Positions 19,348-28,012 of a DNA stretch of 56,265 nt are shown here, piece by piece (the stretch's first letter is position 1; each line of letters opens with the position of its first letter). Source of the DNA: Nanobdellota archaeon (GTDB taxonomy: Archaea; Nanobdellota; Nanobdellia; Parvarchaeales; Parvarchaeaceae); NCBI GenBank assembly GCA_021791655.1, contig JAJYWD010000004.1, positions 1 to 56,265 on the forward strand, in the 5' to 3' direction. Under the pieces are notes generated by a model, which was not told where the DNA came from, did no database searches, and was given only the letters and a program-made list of their open reading frames with translations. The position numbers were made by a program, and so were the translations under genes.

Positions 19348-19863
19348 ATGGTAAAGTTGAGAGCTGCGAGTGCTTACAGAAAGTTTAAGATCCCATACAC
19401 TAGAAAATCTAAGTACAAGAGCAAAAATTATGTTAAAGTCGCACAAAGCTCCGTTATAACGCAGTATACCTCTGGTAATCTCTCACACAAGTTTGGCAAG
19501 AAGATCTTGGTGCTGTCTACTAGAAACATCCAATTGAGGGAGAATGCGATAGAATCTGCGAGGGTGGTAGCTAATAAGTATCTCACCGATAATATCGGCG
19601 ATCAGAACTTCCGGCTGCAGGTTGTACCTTATCCACACCACGTGCTTAGAGAACACAAGCTTGCTACTGGCGCAGGGGCTGATAGATTCTCATCCGGTAT
19701 GCAAAAGTCTTTTGGTAAGCCAGCGGGATTTGCCGCTAGAGTACTAGCCGGCAGCAGAATATTTGAAATCCACCTTGAAAACGACAACGTAGAAAATGGT
19801 AAAGTTGCAGCTGATAAAATAAGCAAGAAACTCGGCATCAACACGCGGTCCGTCGTGCTCTGA
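19348..19863 (+). CDS. rpl10e: 50S ribosomal protein L10e/uL16
   Basis: AIESARV.ANKYL, PYPHHVLREHKLATGAGADR.S.GM..SFGKP. Confidence 0.97.
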   Translation: MVKLRAASAYRKFKIPYTRKSKYKSKNYVKVAQSSVITQYTSGNLSHKFGKKILVLSTRNIQLRENAIESARVVANKYLTDNIGDQNFRLQVVPYPHHVLREHKLATGAGADRFSSGMQKSFGKPAGFAARVLAGSRIFEIHLENDNVENGKVAADKISKKLGINTRSVVL

Positions 19864-19871
19864 TACATAAA

Positions 19872-20393
19872 TCAAAAGAAGTCTTCTTCGTTCTTTTCTT
19901 TCTCATTTACGTACCTGAACAGTACAAACAGTAAGGAGGAAAGTCTGTTGAGATATTTTAGGACTACGTCATTTTTTATCCCCGCCGCTACGGCTTCCCT
20001 TTCCGCCCTTCTTGCAACGGCTCTGCATACATTTATGGAAGTCGAACTTATGCTACCGTTTGGATAGACAAATCTTTTTATGTCCTTTATAAATTTGCCG
20101 TAGTCATCTGTCTTGCCCTCTAGGAACGAAACGTCGCTCTCTGCCAGACGCTTAAGCGCCAGCTTGCCGGCGGCTTCATAAGCTACTTCCGAACTTATAG
20201 TGTACACCGCAAGTTCGATGTTTTTGAGAAGTCCTTTTATCTCTTCGTAAGTGCATGCGCTTTCCGCCAATCCCAGAAAGGCGCTAAGTTCGTCGAGCGT
20301 GCCTATAGCATTTACGATTGGCTCGCTTTTTTTGTGTTTCTTCTCGAAAGTGAATGTGTAACCTTTGTCGCCAATGCCAGAGTAGTACTTCAT
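19872..20393 (-). CDS. PduO-type cob(I)alamin adenosyltransferase
   Basis: Y...GDKG.T, GTLDEL.AFLG, CRAVARRAER, YLNRLS..LF. Confidence 0.92.
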   Translation of the reverse strand: MKYYSGIGDKGYTFTFEKKHKKSEPIVNAIGTLDELSAFLGLAESACTYEEIKGLLKNIELAVYTISSEVAYEAAGKLALKRLAESDVSFLEGKTDDYGKFIKDIKRFVYPNGSISSTSINVCRAVARRAEREAVAAGIKNDVVLKYLNRLSSLLFVLFRYVNEKEKNEEDFF

Positions 20394-20746
20394 TGGTCCT
20401 CTTCGCCCTTTTCCTCAGCGGGGTTTTTCAGCAAATAATACTTGGCTTTTCTCCTTATTGTGTCCAGATACACCCTGAACATATCGTAAGAGAGGTGGTA
20501 TACGACGGCTTTTCCCCGCCTTTCTGAGACAAGGATTTTACCGAACATCGGTGACACCAGGTTGTAAAAATGCTTTTTCCCCTTCTGCGAATTAAGGTCG
20601 ATGTTTAAGAACTGTGCCAGCTCCTCCCTGCCCACTTCATTTTTATCCCTTATGAAGTTTATTATCTTCTGGCCATCGGCATGTAGCTTCATGCTTTTCG
20701 GGTGGTTCCCGTAGATTAACTGTAATAAATCGTCCATAACAAGCAA
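20390..20746 (-). CDS. Hypothetical winged-helix-like protein
   Basis: REELAQFL helix and ERRGKAVVYHLS wing. Confidence 0.6.
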   Translation of the reverse strand: MLVMDDLLQLIYGNHPKSMKLHADGQKIINFIRDKNEVGREELAQFLNIDLNSQKGKKHFYNLVSPMFGKILVSERRGKAVVYHLSYDMFRVYLDTIRRKAKYYLLKNPAEEKGEEDQ

Positions 20747-20785
20747 GATAATAAGTTACGTTCTAATAAGCTTATCTTGGTTTCG

Positions 20786-22216
20786 TTATTTTTGTACCTG
20801 TAATCTTAGAGCTAGGGCTTCTGCGTGTGCAGTAAGTGCACGCAGGTACTCCGCACCGGACCATATCAGGTCCTGTATCGGTTTCCCGCCGTTGTTTTTG
20901 AGCAGATTGTCAGGATCGGGATTTAGCAGAGCCGCGTCTATGCTCTCCTGTTCCGGTATTGAGAAATCGTTTTTCGAAAGCAAGTTGTCCTCTATGTATT
21001 TTATTATCTTCCCGGATTTTTCAAGCTCGCCCCTCTTAGCATAGTAATAAGCGAATTCCGCTCCTAAAAGTGGCCATGGTGCCCCCCCAAAGTACGTATC
21101 ATTTTTGAAGCGTTTCGGTATCAATCTGTACTGCTCTTCTTTGTCGAGCCTGAACATGTCCTCTTCCAGTTTCCTTATTGTGTTGTTTTCTATCGTTTCT
21201 CCGGTATCGTGTCCAAACAATGAAAATATGAAGATCTGCCCGCTCTCAACCTCTTTCAACGGCTCCGAAGCAAAGATTATCTTACCATTTACGTCGACTG
21301 CCTTCTCCTCTTTTGCTCTGTACAATACACCGTCCCTTATGAAAAGTTGCTTCATGAATGCCTGCGGTCCCCCCGGATAACTTTTTTCTATTTCTTCCCT
21401 TATTGCTGTTTCATCGAGTTCTGCATCCGTCGCCTTTGCTATGTTTATCGCAGAGTTTATTCCCGCAGCTATCGCAGCAACATCATACGAGTGCAATTTT
21501 GTATTTTCTATCTCCCATGCATTCGAGCACGGGCTCTTATATGTCTTTATCATGTACCTTATGAATTTAGTGGCGTTGGTTTTTAAGAACTCAAGTTGTT
21601 GCTCTATACCAGCCTTCCCGAATTCTTTTAAATGCCTCTCTGTGGCCAGTAATAGTAATGGCAGAGAATCATACTGTCTAAGCCAGCTGTCCTTTGAATC
21701 CTCGGTGTCGTCTGTGTGGTGTAGCTCCTCTACTGAGAAATAACCACGATCCTTTCCATATCTTGCCGGTATATGATTTCTAAGTTTTTTGAAGTTCTCA
21801 TCGCGGATATCGGTTGCCAATCCCATCTCTAGGTTTTGCATCTTGGCGCCTACGACCGACCACATGAATTTTATAAGTCTAGTGGATGAACCCCTCGCCG
21901 TTTCATAAAGGTCTATTCTGTCTGGCATGTATTTGCTCACGAATCTTGCTGTGTCGGTCATGGATATCGATGTCATGGACGAATCCCTGAACCATGCAGC
22001 GGAATACCAAGTGTACGTTGGTGAGGCCTTCATGAACCCCTCTTCGTCTATCTTTTTATCAATGTGGCAGAGGACACCCTCTAGGACTTTGGCGTGTTCG
22101 CCAGCCAAGAATTCTGTGCTGTTTTCTATGATATTTTCTAAATCGAGTTTTTGGTTTTTGTTTAATACAGCTTGCCCCGCGATAATAGGTTCCCGGAAAG
22201 GCACTGTTTCAGCCAT
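20786..22216 (-). CDS. GH15-like glycoside hydrolase (glucoamylase/trehalase fold)
   Basis: ASP, Y..AWFRD, QYD, AWE, D.Y.GG.PW, PEQ, L.WS.AEY. Confidence 0.8.
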   Translation of the reverse strand: MAETVPFREPIIAGQAVLNKNQKLDLENIIENSTEFLAGEHAKVLEGVLCHIDKKIDEEGFMKASPTYTWYSAAWFRDSSMTSISMTDTARFVSKYMPDRIDLYETARGSSTRLIKFMWSVVGAKMQNLEMGLATDIRDENFKKLRNHIPARYGKDRGYFSVEELHHTDDTEDSKDSWLRQYDSLPLLLLATERHLKEFGKAGIEQQLEFLKTNATKFIRYMIKTYKSPCSNAWEIENTKLHSYDVAAIAAGINSAINIAKATDAELDETAIREEIEKSYPGGPQAFMKQLFIRDGVLYRAKEEKAVDVNGKIIFASEPLKEVESGQIFIFSLFGHDTGETIENNTIRKLEEDMFRLDKEEQYRLIPKRFKNDTYFGGAPWPLLGAEFAYYYAKRGELEKSGKIIKYIEDNLLSKNDFSIPEQESIDAALLNPDPDNLLKNNGGKPIQDLIWSGAEYLRALTAHAEALALRLQVQK

Positions 22217-22308
22217 ATGATTACTAGAGTTAATGTCCTATATAACCCTTACACTTTGTCGGTCACAGCGCGCCTATTTATAACATAATATTTACAATAT
22301 ATACCATA

Positions 22309-22923
22309 ATGGGCATTACCGATTTGGGCAGTATCGTAAAGAATAGCTTTGTCATACTTTTTAGTGACAGCTTGATATTCGTGGTCGCTGTCATATACAC
22401 TGCAATAATCGATGTGGTCTCCTTCTTCGTTTCCCCGTCTACGGCAATCCAATTCACAGTTTTCTATATTTTGCCGATTTCGTTCTACGCAGTGCTTTCA
22501 ATCTTGTTGGCTACATACGTGGAAGGCGTGATTATTCTGAGAGTATACAAGGGTCGAAAAGCCCGTTTCGTCGATATCTCCAAACTTGTTATAAACCGCT
22601 ACCCCGCATTGTTGGCAACAAATATCCTTGCGTCAATAATTGTGTTTCTAGGGACAATTGCGTTTGTAATACCTGGTGTGTACCTCTTTGTGAAACTGTT
22701 TCTAGCCCCGGTGGCCGTACTAATCGACGGTGACAATCCTATAGACGCCCTACGCAAGAGCTGGGCTCTCACCAATAAAAAATGGTGGGATATCTTTGCC
22801 ATAGTCCTGGTAATGGGGTTGATACTTGGATTGATAAGCTTCATTCCGTACGTTTCCGCGTTCATAGCGTCTGCCTTTATCATTACTATGTTTTACGTCT
22901 TTAGGGCTGCAAAGAGAAAATAA
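22309..22923 (+). CDS. Conserved membrane protein
   Basis: FVIPGVYL..KL.LAP and DALRKSW.LT..KWW pattern; several TMs. Confidence 0.75.
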   Translation: MGITDLGSIVKNSFVILFSDSLIFVVAVIYTAIIDVVSFFVSPSTAIQFTVFYILPISFYAVLSILLATYVEGVIILRVYKGRKARFVDISKLVINRYPALLATNILASIIVFLGTIAFVIPGVYLFVKLFLAPVAVLIDGDNPIDALRKSWALTNKKWWDIFAIVLVMGLILGLISFIPYVSAFIASAFIITMFYVFRAAKRK

Positions 22924-22926
22924 GAA

Positions 22927-23397
22927 TTATCTGCTCTTTCTGTGCTTTCTGATTCTTTTAAGTTCTAGTACAGATACTATGAATATTATGAATATAGACG
23001 CATGGCCGATCGTGCAGGCCTCGCAAATTTTGCCAACCAAGAATATCTCGGTGTAAATCAGATACAGCGCAACGCCCGAGAGTGCAAGTCCCCCTCCTGC
23101 CAAGGTGGAAATTATATACTTTCTTAGTTTCGCATCTGAACTTGATGCATAGATTATAGAAAGCACCAGAGCCGCCGAAAACAGGGCGATGCCATAATAA
23201 TACAAGCTTACACCGAAAAGCTTTGAGTACACGCTCTCAAGCACGGGCGTGCAGTTTACGTACGAAGTTATTGCTGGACACGCGCTTCTGTAGCCCGCAG
23301 AGACAACGTCTGCGAGCCCCATTGCAATGAGACCGACCAGCGAGAAGATGATGTTTATCTTGGCATACAGACTTATCACTTGTGTGCGCATAATCAC
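22927..23397 (-). CDS. Vitamin K epoxide reductase (VKOR) family protein
   Basis: C...NC..VL.S.YS..FG and ICEAC (CxxC). Confidence 0.92.
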   Translation of the reverse strand: MIMRTQVISLYAKINIIFSLVGLIAMGLADVVSAGYRSACPAITSYVNCTPVLESVYSKLFGVSLYYYGIALFSAALVLSIIYASSSDAKLRKYIISTLAGGGLALSGVALYLIYTEIFLVGKICEACTIGHASIFIIFIVSVLELKRIRKHRKSR

Positions 23398-23927
23398 ATT
23401 TTTTTATTTATAGTCGACACTAATATTTTAAGGGCGTTATCAATTTCCGGTATTTTCTTGGCGCCTGTGCACACAATCTTTCCGGTGCCGAACAGTAGAA
23501 ATGTTATCCTAGAATTGACAAGCTTATAGACCAGTCCCGGGAATTGCTCCGGATTGTACTCAGTTTCGTCGACGCTATAAGCTATCTTGTTCAGGTCTAG
23601 CGGCTTGTTTAGATTGCCACTCGCTACTATATTCTGTATCTCTATTTTCCAGCCAGGTTTTACGTTCACGCCTATCTTTCTCAGTTCCTTCAGAAGCCTG
23701 TCCATTGCGTTGAGTATGTCTTCTTTGGACCGGCCGCCAGTGCAGACGAGCTTTCCGCTGCCGAATACTAAGAAAGTTACATGCAGATCGGGTATTCTGA
23801 AGACCAGTCCCGGGAATTGCTCCGGATCATATTGGGTGTTTGCTAGTCTTTTTAGTTTTTTTAGTGGCACCTGCACCTTTAGCGAAATGCTGGCTACTAT
23901 GTTTTCTACTTTATAGAGCTTTGCCAT
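23394..23927 (-). CDS. tbp: TATA-binding protein
   Basis: Two repeats of NIVAS, Y.PEQFPGLV, FG.GK.VCTG. Confidence 0.98.
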   Translation of the reverse strand: MAKLYKVENIVASISLKVQVPLKKLKRLANTQYDPEQFPGLVFRIPDLHVTFLVFGSGKLVCTGGRSKEDILNAMDRLLKELRKIGVNVKPGWKIEIQNIVASGNLNKPLDLNKIAYSVDETEYNPEQFPGLVYKLVNSRITFLLFGTGKIVCTGAKKIPEIDNALKILVSTINKKM

Positions 23928-23992
23928 AATACAAGTAATAATACTAACTATAAATACCCCTATTTAAACGTTCATCGCGAGCGCACCAGCGC

Positions 23993-26900
23993 TCACCGAA
24001 ATATCGATAACACGACATTTTTGTTGCCTATTTTCAGGTCCTGCGTCTTCATCAGGCTCCCACTTTTCGAAAGCGAGCTGTTGGTTTTGTCCTTTACATA
24101 ATTTGCGATTTCCTTTATCTCTGGCGCATCAAGTCGTCCATCTATTGCTATCTCCACGTTTATCTTGTCTTCTCTGGAGAGCCCAAACTCCTTTCTCGCA
24201 TTCTGGATTGCGTGAACTATCTCGCGCTGTAGCCAAAGCGACATTATGCTATCGTCTGCTGATGTGTCTAGTGCTATTTGTGTCTGGTCCCCGCTTACGA
24301 CTTCCACGCCGCTGCTTTTTGCCTTTATGTTGAGGTCACTGCTGAGGAGGCTATATTTTTTGTCGTCTACAACTAATTCTATTACGGATCCAGCGTGTCT
24401 CAGTATCGTTTCCTTTGTAAGTTCTATAAACTTGCTAGTTATGCTCGTAAGTTCCTGGGGAGAGTGCTTCTTTCTCAGGGCTTCGAAGTTAAGACCTATG
24501 TCGAACGCATTTTCATCGAAGCGATACTCAATGCTGGCTGCGTTGACAAGCTTTTTCAGCACATCCTCGCAAATATCTTCCTTTTTGACGGATAGGAGGC
24601 TTATCTTCTTTAGCGGCCTTCTCAGCGGGAGTTTCAGTTTATCTCGTGCCGAAAGGACATCTTGGACAATCTTCGTAGTCCTGTCCATGTTCTTCTCCAG
24701 ACCCGCGTTTATTATGTCCTCTCTCGTGCTGGGGAAGTCAGAGAGCAGTGTACTGCCTTTTTTGCCGATGGCTTTCCAAGTATCCTCCGCTATGAACGGC
24801 GTGAATATTGAAAGCACCGCTAGCATTTCCTCTAACACGGCGTAAAACGTTACAAAAGCGCCCTCATCTAGGTCATCAAATATTCTGTCCTTTACGAGCT
24901 TCACGTACAACCTGCTGAAGTCGTTTATGACGAATTCCATTAGTGTATTGGCTGCTACGTCGGGTCTGAAGTGCTCCAGTGCTGAATCTACCGCTTTCTT
25001 GGTCGTGTTCCACTTGGAAAGCATCCAGATGTCCTCGGTCTTGAAACCCTTTGCTTTTATTGTATTTGGCCTTTTGAAAAATACTTTTGATGATTGAAAC
25101 AGCTTACCTAAATTATAGACCGTGTTAAGGGATTTTGTCTCATCCGTTAGCCCCTTGAGCGAGAATATAACTTCATCCTCAAGTTTGTGCCTTACCAGAG
25201 CCATCCTAAGTGCGTCCCTGCTGTAGCCCTCCTTTATCAATTGGCTGGGCGGTTTGTAATTACTCTCACTCTTCGAGAGCTTCCTTCCATCCTCGCCCAC
25301 AACAAACCTGTGCATCAACACATCTTTGTAAATCGCCTTGCCCCAGAAAAGGAACCCTATGACGAGGAGCGAGTAGAACCAGCCCCTTATCTGGTCGTTT
25401 CCCTCGCATATAAAATCTACCGGCAGGAGAGCGGCCATTCTACCCTTGTCCTCTATGCTAGCAAATGAGGCGGAGCCGGAATCTATCCATACATCTATTA
25501 CATCCTTTACTCTGCGCATCACCCCCCCGCATTTTTCACACTTTATCTCGATCTTGTCCAGTGTCCCCTTATGTAAGTCTGCTACGGTCTTCTTATTACT
25601 CCTTTGCAGCAGTTCGGTCTTGCTGCCAACAACGGTTATTTCCTTGCAGGTCTCGCATTGCCAGATCGGCAAGGGGGTGTTCCAGTATCGCTGTCTCGAT
25701 ATCACCCAGTCCTGGCTATTGGACAGCCACGCTTCGAACATCTTCCTTGCGCCTTCCGGCGTCCAATTCACTCCGTTCAACAGGCCTGCTAGCTCTTTTC
25801 TTATCTTGCTTACGCTTATGAACCATTGGTCACTTGCCCGCATTATTAGTGGTGTTTTGCATCGCCAGCAGTGTGGGTAGTTGTGTAGTACCTTACCTGC
25901 AGCTACGAGATCCCCCCTTTCTTCGAGGAAATCTATTATCTCTGTATTGGCTTCGGATACGTTTTTTCCGTTCAGCCATCCGGCACTTTCATCATAGGTT
26001 CCGTCTTCCTTTACTGGCGATAGCAGCGGTAGGCCATTCTCTATGCCTATCTTGTAGTCAGATTCTCCGTGTCCGGGTGCAACGTGCACCAGTCCGGTGC
26101 CTTCATCGATTTCAACGAATGGGACGCCCTCTTCAGATGTAAATCTGCTGCCGTCTATTATCTTAAACATCTTAGCCGCGTTTTCTTTTACCTGAGGAAT
26201 ATCAGAAAACAAAGGTTTGTATCTAAGCCCGAGCAGATCCTTTCCATCCAATTCTTTTTCGATTATGTACTTTACGGAAACTTCGTCTAGCACTTTTTCT
26301 CTGTCCTTTGCGATTATTACAGTTTTTCTGTCTATCTTCAGTTCATAGTACTTGAACGAGCTGTTCACGGCAACAGCTTCATTTGATGGTAGGGTCCATG
26401 GTGTGGTCGTCCATATCAGCAGGTTCCTGCCGTCCTCTAGTTCAAATAAGACATATATCGACGGATCCTCCTTTTCGTAATATTTGTCCCGTATTTCGTA
26501 ATTTGACATCGGGGTGCCGCATCTGGTGCAGAACCACGTGGTTTTGAAACCTCTGTACAATAACCCCATCTCATAGGCCTTTTTTATCGTTCCCCACTCA
26601 GAGTCGATGAAATGGTTTTCGTACGTTTTGTATGGGGGGTTGTAAAACCAGATTAGGCCGTAGTCCGTTATTATACTGGTGTTCAGTTTTATGTACTCTT
26701 CAACGTAATTTTTGCACTCTTCTACGAACTTTTCCTCGCCCACTGTTAACAGCTCTTTCTTGTTCTTTATGCCCAGCTTTTTTTCTACCGCTACCTCTAT
26801 TGGGAGGCCGTGCGTGTCCCAGCCTGGCTGCATTTTTACCTCGAATCCTTTCATTAGTCTATGTCGCAGTATTATATCCTTGAGAAACAAATTTAGAAGG

Positions 26901-27061
26901 GTTCCCTCGTGTATTTCATTGGTTACAAACGGAGGCCCGTCAAGGAAATAGAACTTACTGCCACCTCGGTTCTTTTCGTTAAGTTCTTTTATAACATCCT
27001 TCTTTTTCCAGCTCTCTAGTATCTTCCTCTCCGTTTCTGCGCTCTTGTAAAAGTCAGCCAT
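23993..27061 (-). CDS. ileS: Isoleucyl-tRNA synthetase
   Basis: DGPP, HEGT (HIGH variant), GWDTHGLP, WTTTPWTLP, GTGLVH.APGHG, DWVISRQRYW, KLSKS. Confidence 0.97.
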   Translation of the reverse strand: MADFYKSAETERKILESWKKKDVIKELNEKNRGGSKFYFLDGPPFVTNEIHEGTLLNLFLKDIILRHRLMKGFEVKMQPGWDTHGLPIEVAVEKKLGIKNKKELLTVGEEKFVEECKNYVEEYIKLNTSIITDYGLIWFYNPPYKTYENHFIDSEWGTIKKAYEMGLLYRGFKTTWFCTRCGTPMSNYEIRDKYYEKEDPSIYVLFELEDGRNLLIWTTTPWTLPSNEAVAVNSSFKYYELKIDRKTVIIAKDREKVLDEVSVKYIIEKELDGKDLLGLRYKPLFSDIPQVKENAAKMFKIIDGSRFTSEEGVPFVEIDEGTGLVHVAPGHGESDYKIGIENGLPLLSPVKEDGTYDESAGWLNGKNVSEANTEIIDFLEERGDLVAAGKVLHNYPHCWRCKTPLIMRASDQWFISVSKIRKELAGLLNGVNWTPEGARKMFEAWLSNSQDWVISRQRYWNTPLPIWQCETCKEITVVGSKTELLQRSNKKTVADLHKGTLDKIEIKCEKCGGVMRRVKDVIDVWIDSGSASFASIEDKGRMAALLPVDFICEGNDQIRGWFYSLLVIGFLFWGKAIYKDVLMHRFVVGEDGRKLSKSESNYKPPSQLIKEGYSRDALRMALVRHKLEDEVIFSLKGLTDETKSLNTVYNLGKLFQSSKVFFKRPNTIKAKGFKTEDIWMLSKWNTTKKAVDSALEHFRPDVAANTLMEFVINDFSRLYVKLVKDRIFDDLDEGAFVTFYAVLEEMLAVLSIFTPFIAEDTWKAIGKKGSTLLSDFPSTREDIINAGLEKNMDRTTKIVQDVLSARDKLKLPLRRPLKKISLLSVKKEDICEDVLKKLVNAASIEYRFDENAFDIGLNFEALRKKHSPQELTSITSKFIELTKETILRHAGSVIELVVDDKKYSLLSSDLNIKAKSSGVEVVSGDQTQIALDTSADDSIMSLWLQREIVHAIQNARKEFGLSREDKINVEIAIDGRLDAPEIKEIANYVKDKTNSSLSKSGSLMKTQDLKIGNKNVVLSIFR

Positions 27062-27110
27062 AACTAATGCCCTTTCAAAAATTATCTTAAGTACTATACA
27101 CCAATAAAGA

Positions 27111-28007
27111 TTATAAGGTTTTAAGCGCTTCGGCTATGTCCTTTGAGATATCCACTACTTTAACGCGGTCATTTGGGATGGTGTTACTGCTTATCACCTG
27201 CTCTATTCCAGCATTTTTTATACTCTCGTAGCAACCCTTCACCATGAGTGGATGTACAACGCAGGCAATGACTGCCTTTGCGCCGAGCCCGTGCACTGTC
27301 CTAGCAGCTAGCGCGAGCGTTTTTCCAGTGCTAACAACGTCGTCAATCAGCACAACATCCCTACCTTTGAGCTTTATGTGTGGTATGTCCTTTAACCGAA
27401 TTTCGCCCGTGTTCTTATCCCTGAATTTGTCAAGGTGTAAAGTTTCCATGCCCGTGGCTTTGGCGAAAGTTTCTGTTTTCTCTATTGCACCCTCATCGGG
27501 AGCAACCGCTATCGGATTCTTTAATCCCCGCGGTAGTGCCTTTGCCAGTCTCTTTATCGGTTCTATGCTTATGTGCTCTCCGTGGAACATTTTTATCGCT
27601 TTCTCATTGTGCGGCGTGACCGTAATTAGGACATCAGCACCGTTTGTGTGCATCGCCTCTAATATTACTTTTATGCTCAAAGCCTCGCCATCCAAGAATC
27701 TCTCGTTTTGTCTCCCATATGCGAAGTACGGGACTATGGAGATAATCCTCTTAGGTCCTTGATTTTTTATCGCCTCAAGCATCAGTAGCAGTTCGATGAT
27801 GTGTTTTTCCTGTGGCGGATATGTTGACTGCACGAGGATCACGTCCTTTCCCTCTAGTTTTGACGGTGCCCTTATGTAAGATTCGCCATCTGGGAATACC
27901 CTGCTCGAGACTTTTTCTAGTTTTATGTTTATTATTTTCGAGAGTTCCTCGTCTATGCCGTTTGTCGCGGTGCCTCCAATTATGACACTATCGGTTTGGC
28001 TTTGCAT
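27111..28007 (-). CDS. prs: Ribose-phosphate pyrophosphokinase
   Basis: FPDGE, PYFAYGRQ, APDEGA, LIDDVVSTGKT. Confidence 0.96.
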   Translation of the reverse strand: MQSQTDSVIIGGTATNGIDEELSKIINIKLEKVSSRVFPDGESYIRAPSKLEGKDVILVQSTYPPQEKHIIELLLMLEAIKNQGPKRIISIVPYFAYGRQNERFLDGEALSIKVILEAMHTNGADVLITVTPHNEKAIKMFHGEHISIEPIKRLAKALPRGLKNPIAVAPDEGAIEKTETFAKATGMETLHLDKFRDKNTGEIRLKDIPHIKLKGRDVVLIDDVVSTGKTLALAARTVHGLGAKAVIACVVHPLMVKGCYESIKNAGIEQVISSNTIPNDRVKVVDISKDIAEALKTL

Positions 28008-28012
28008 AGCAA

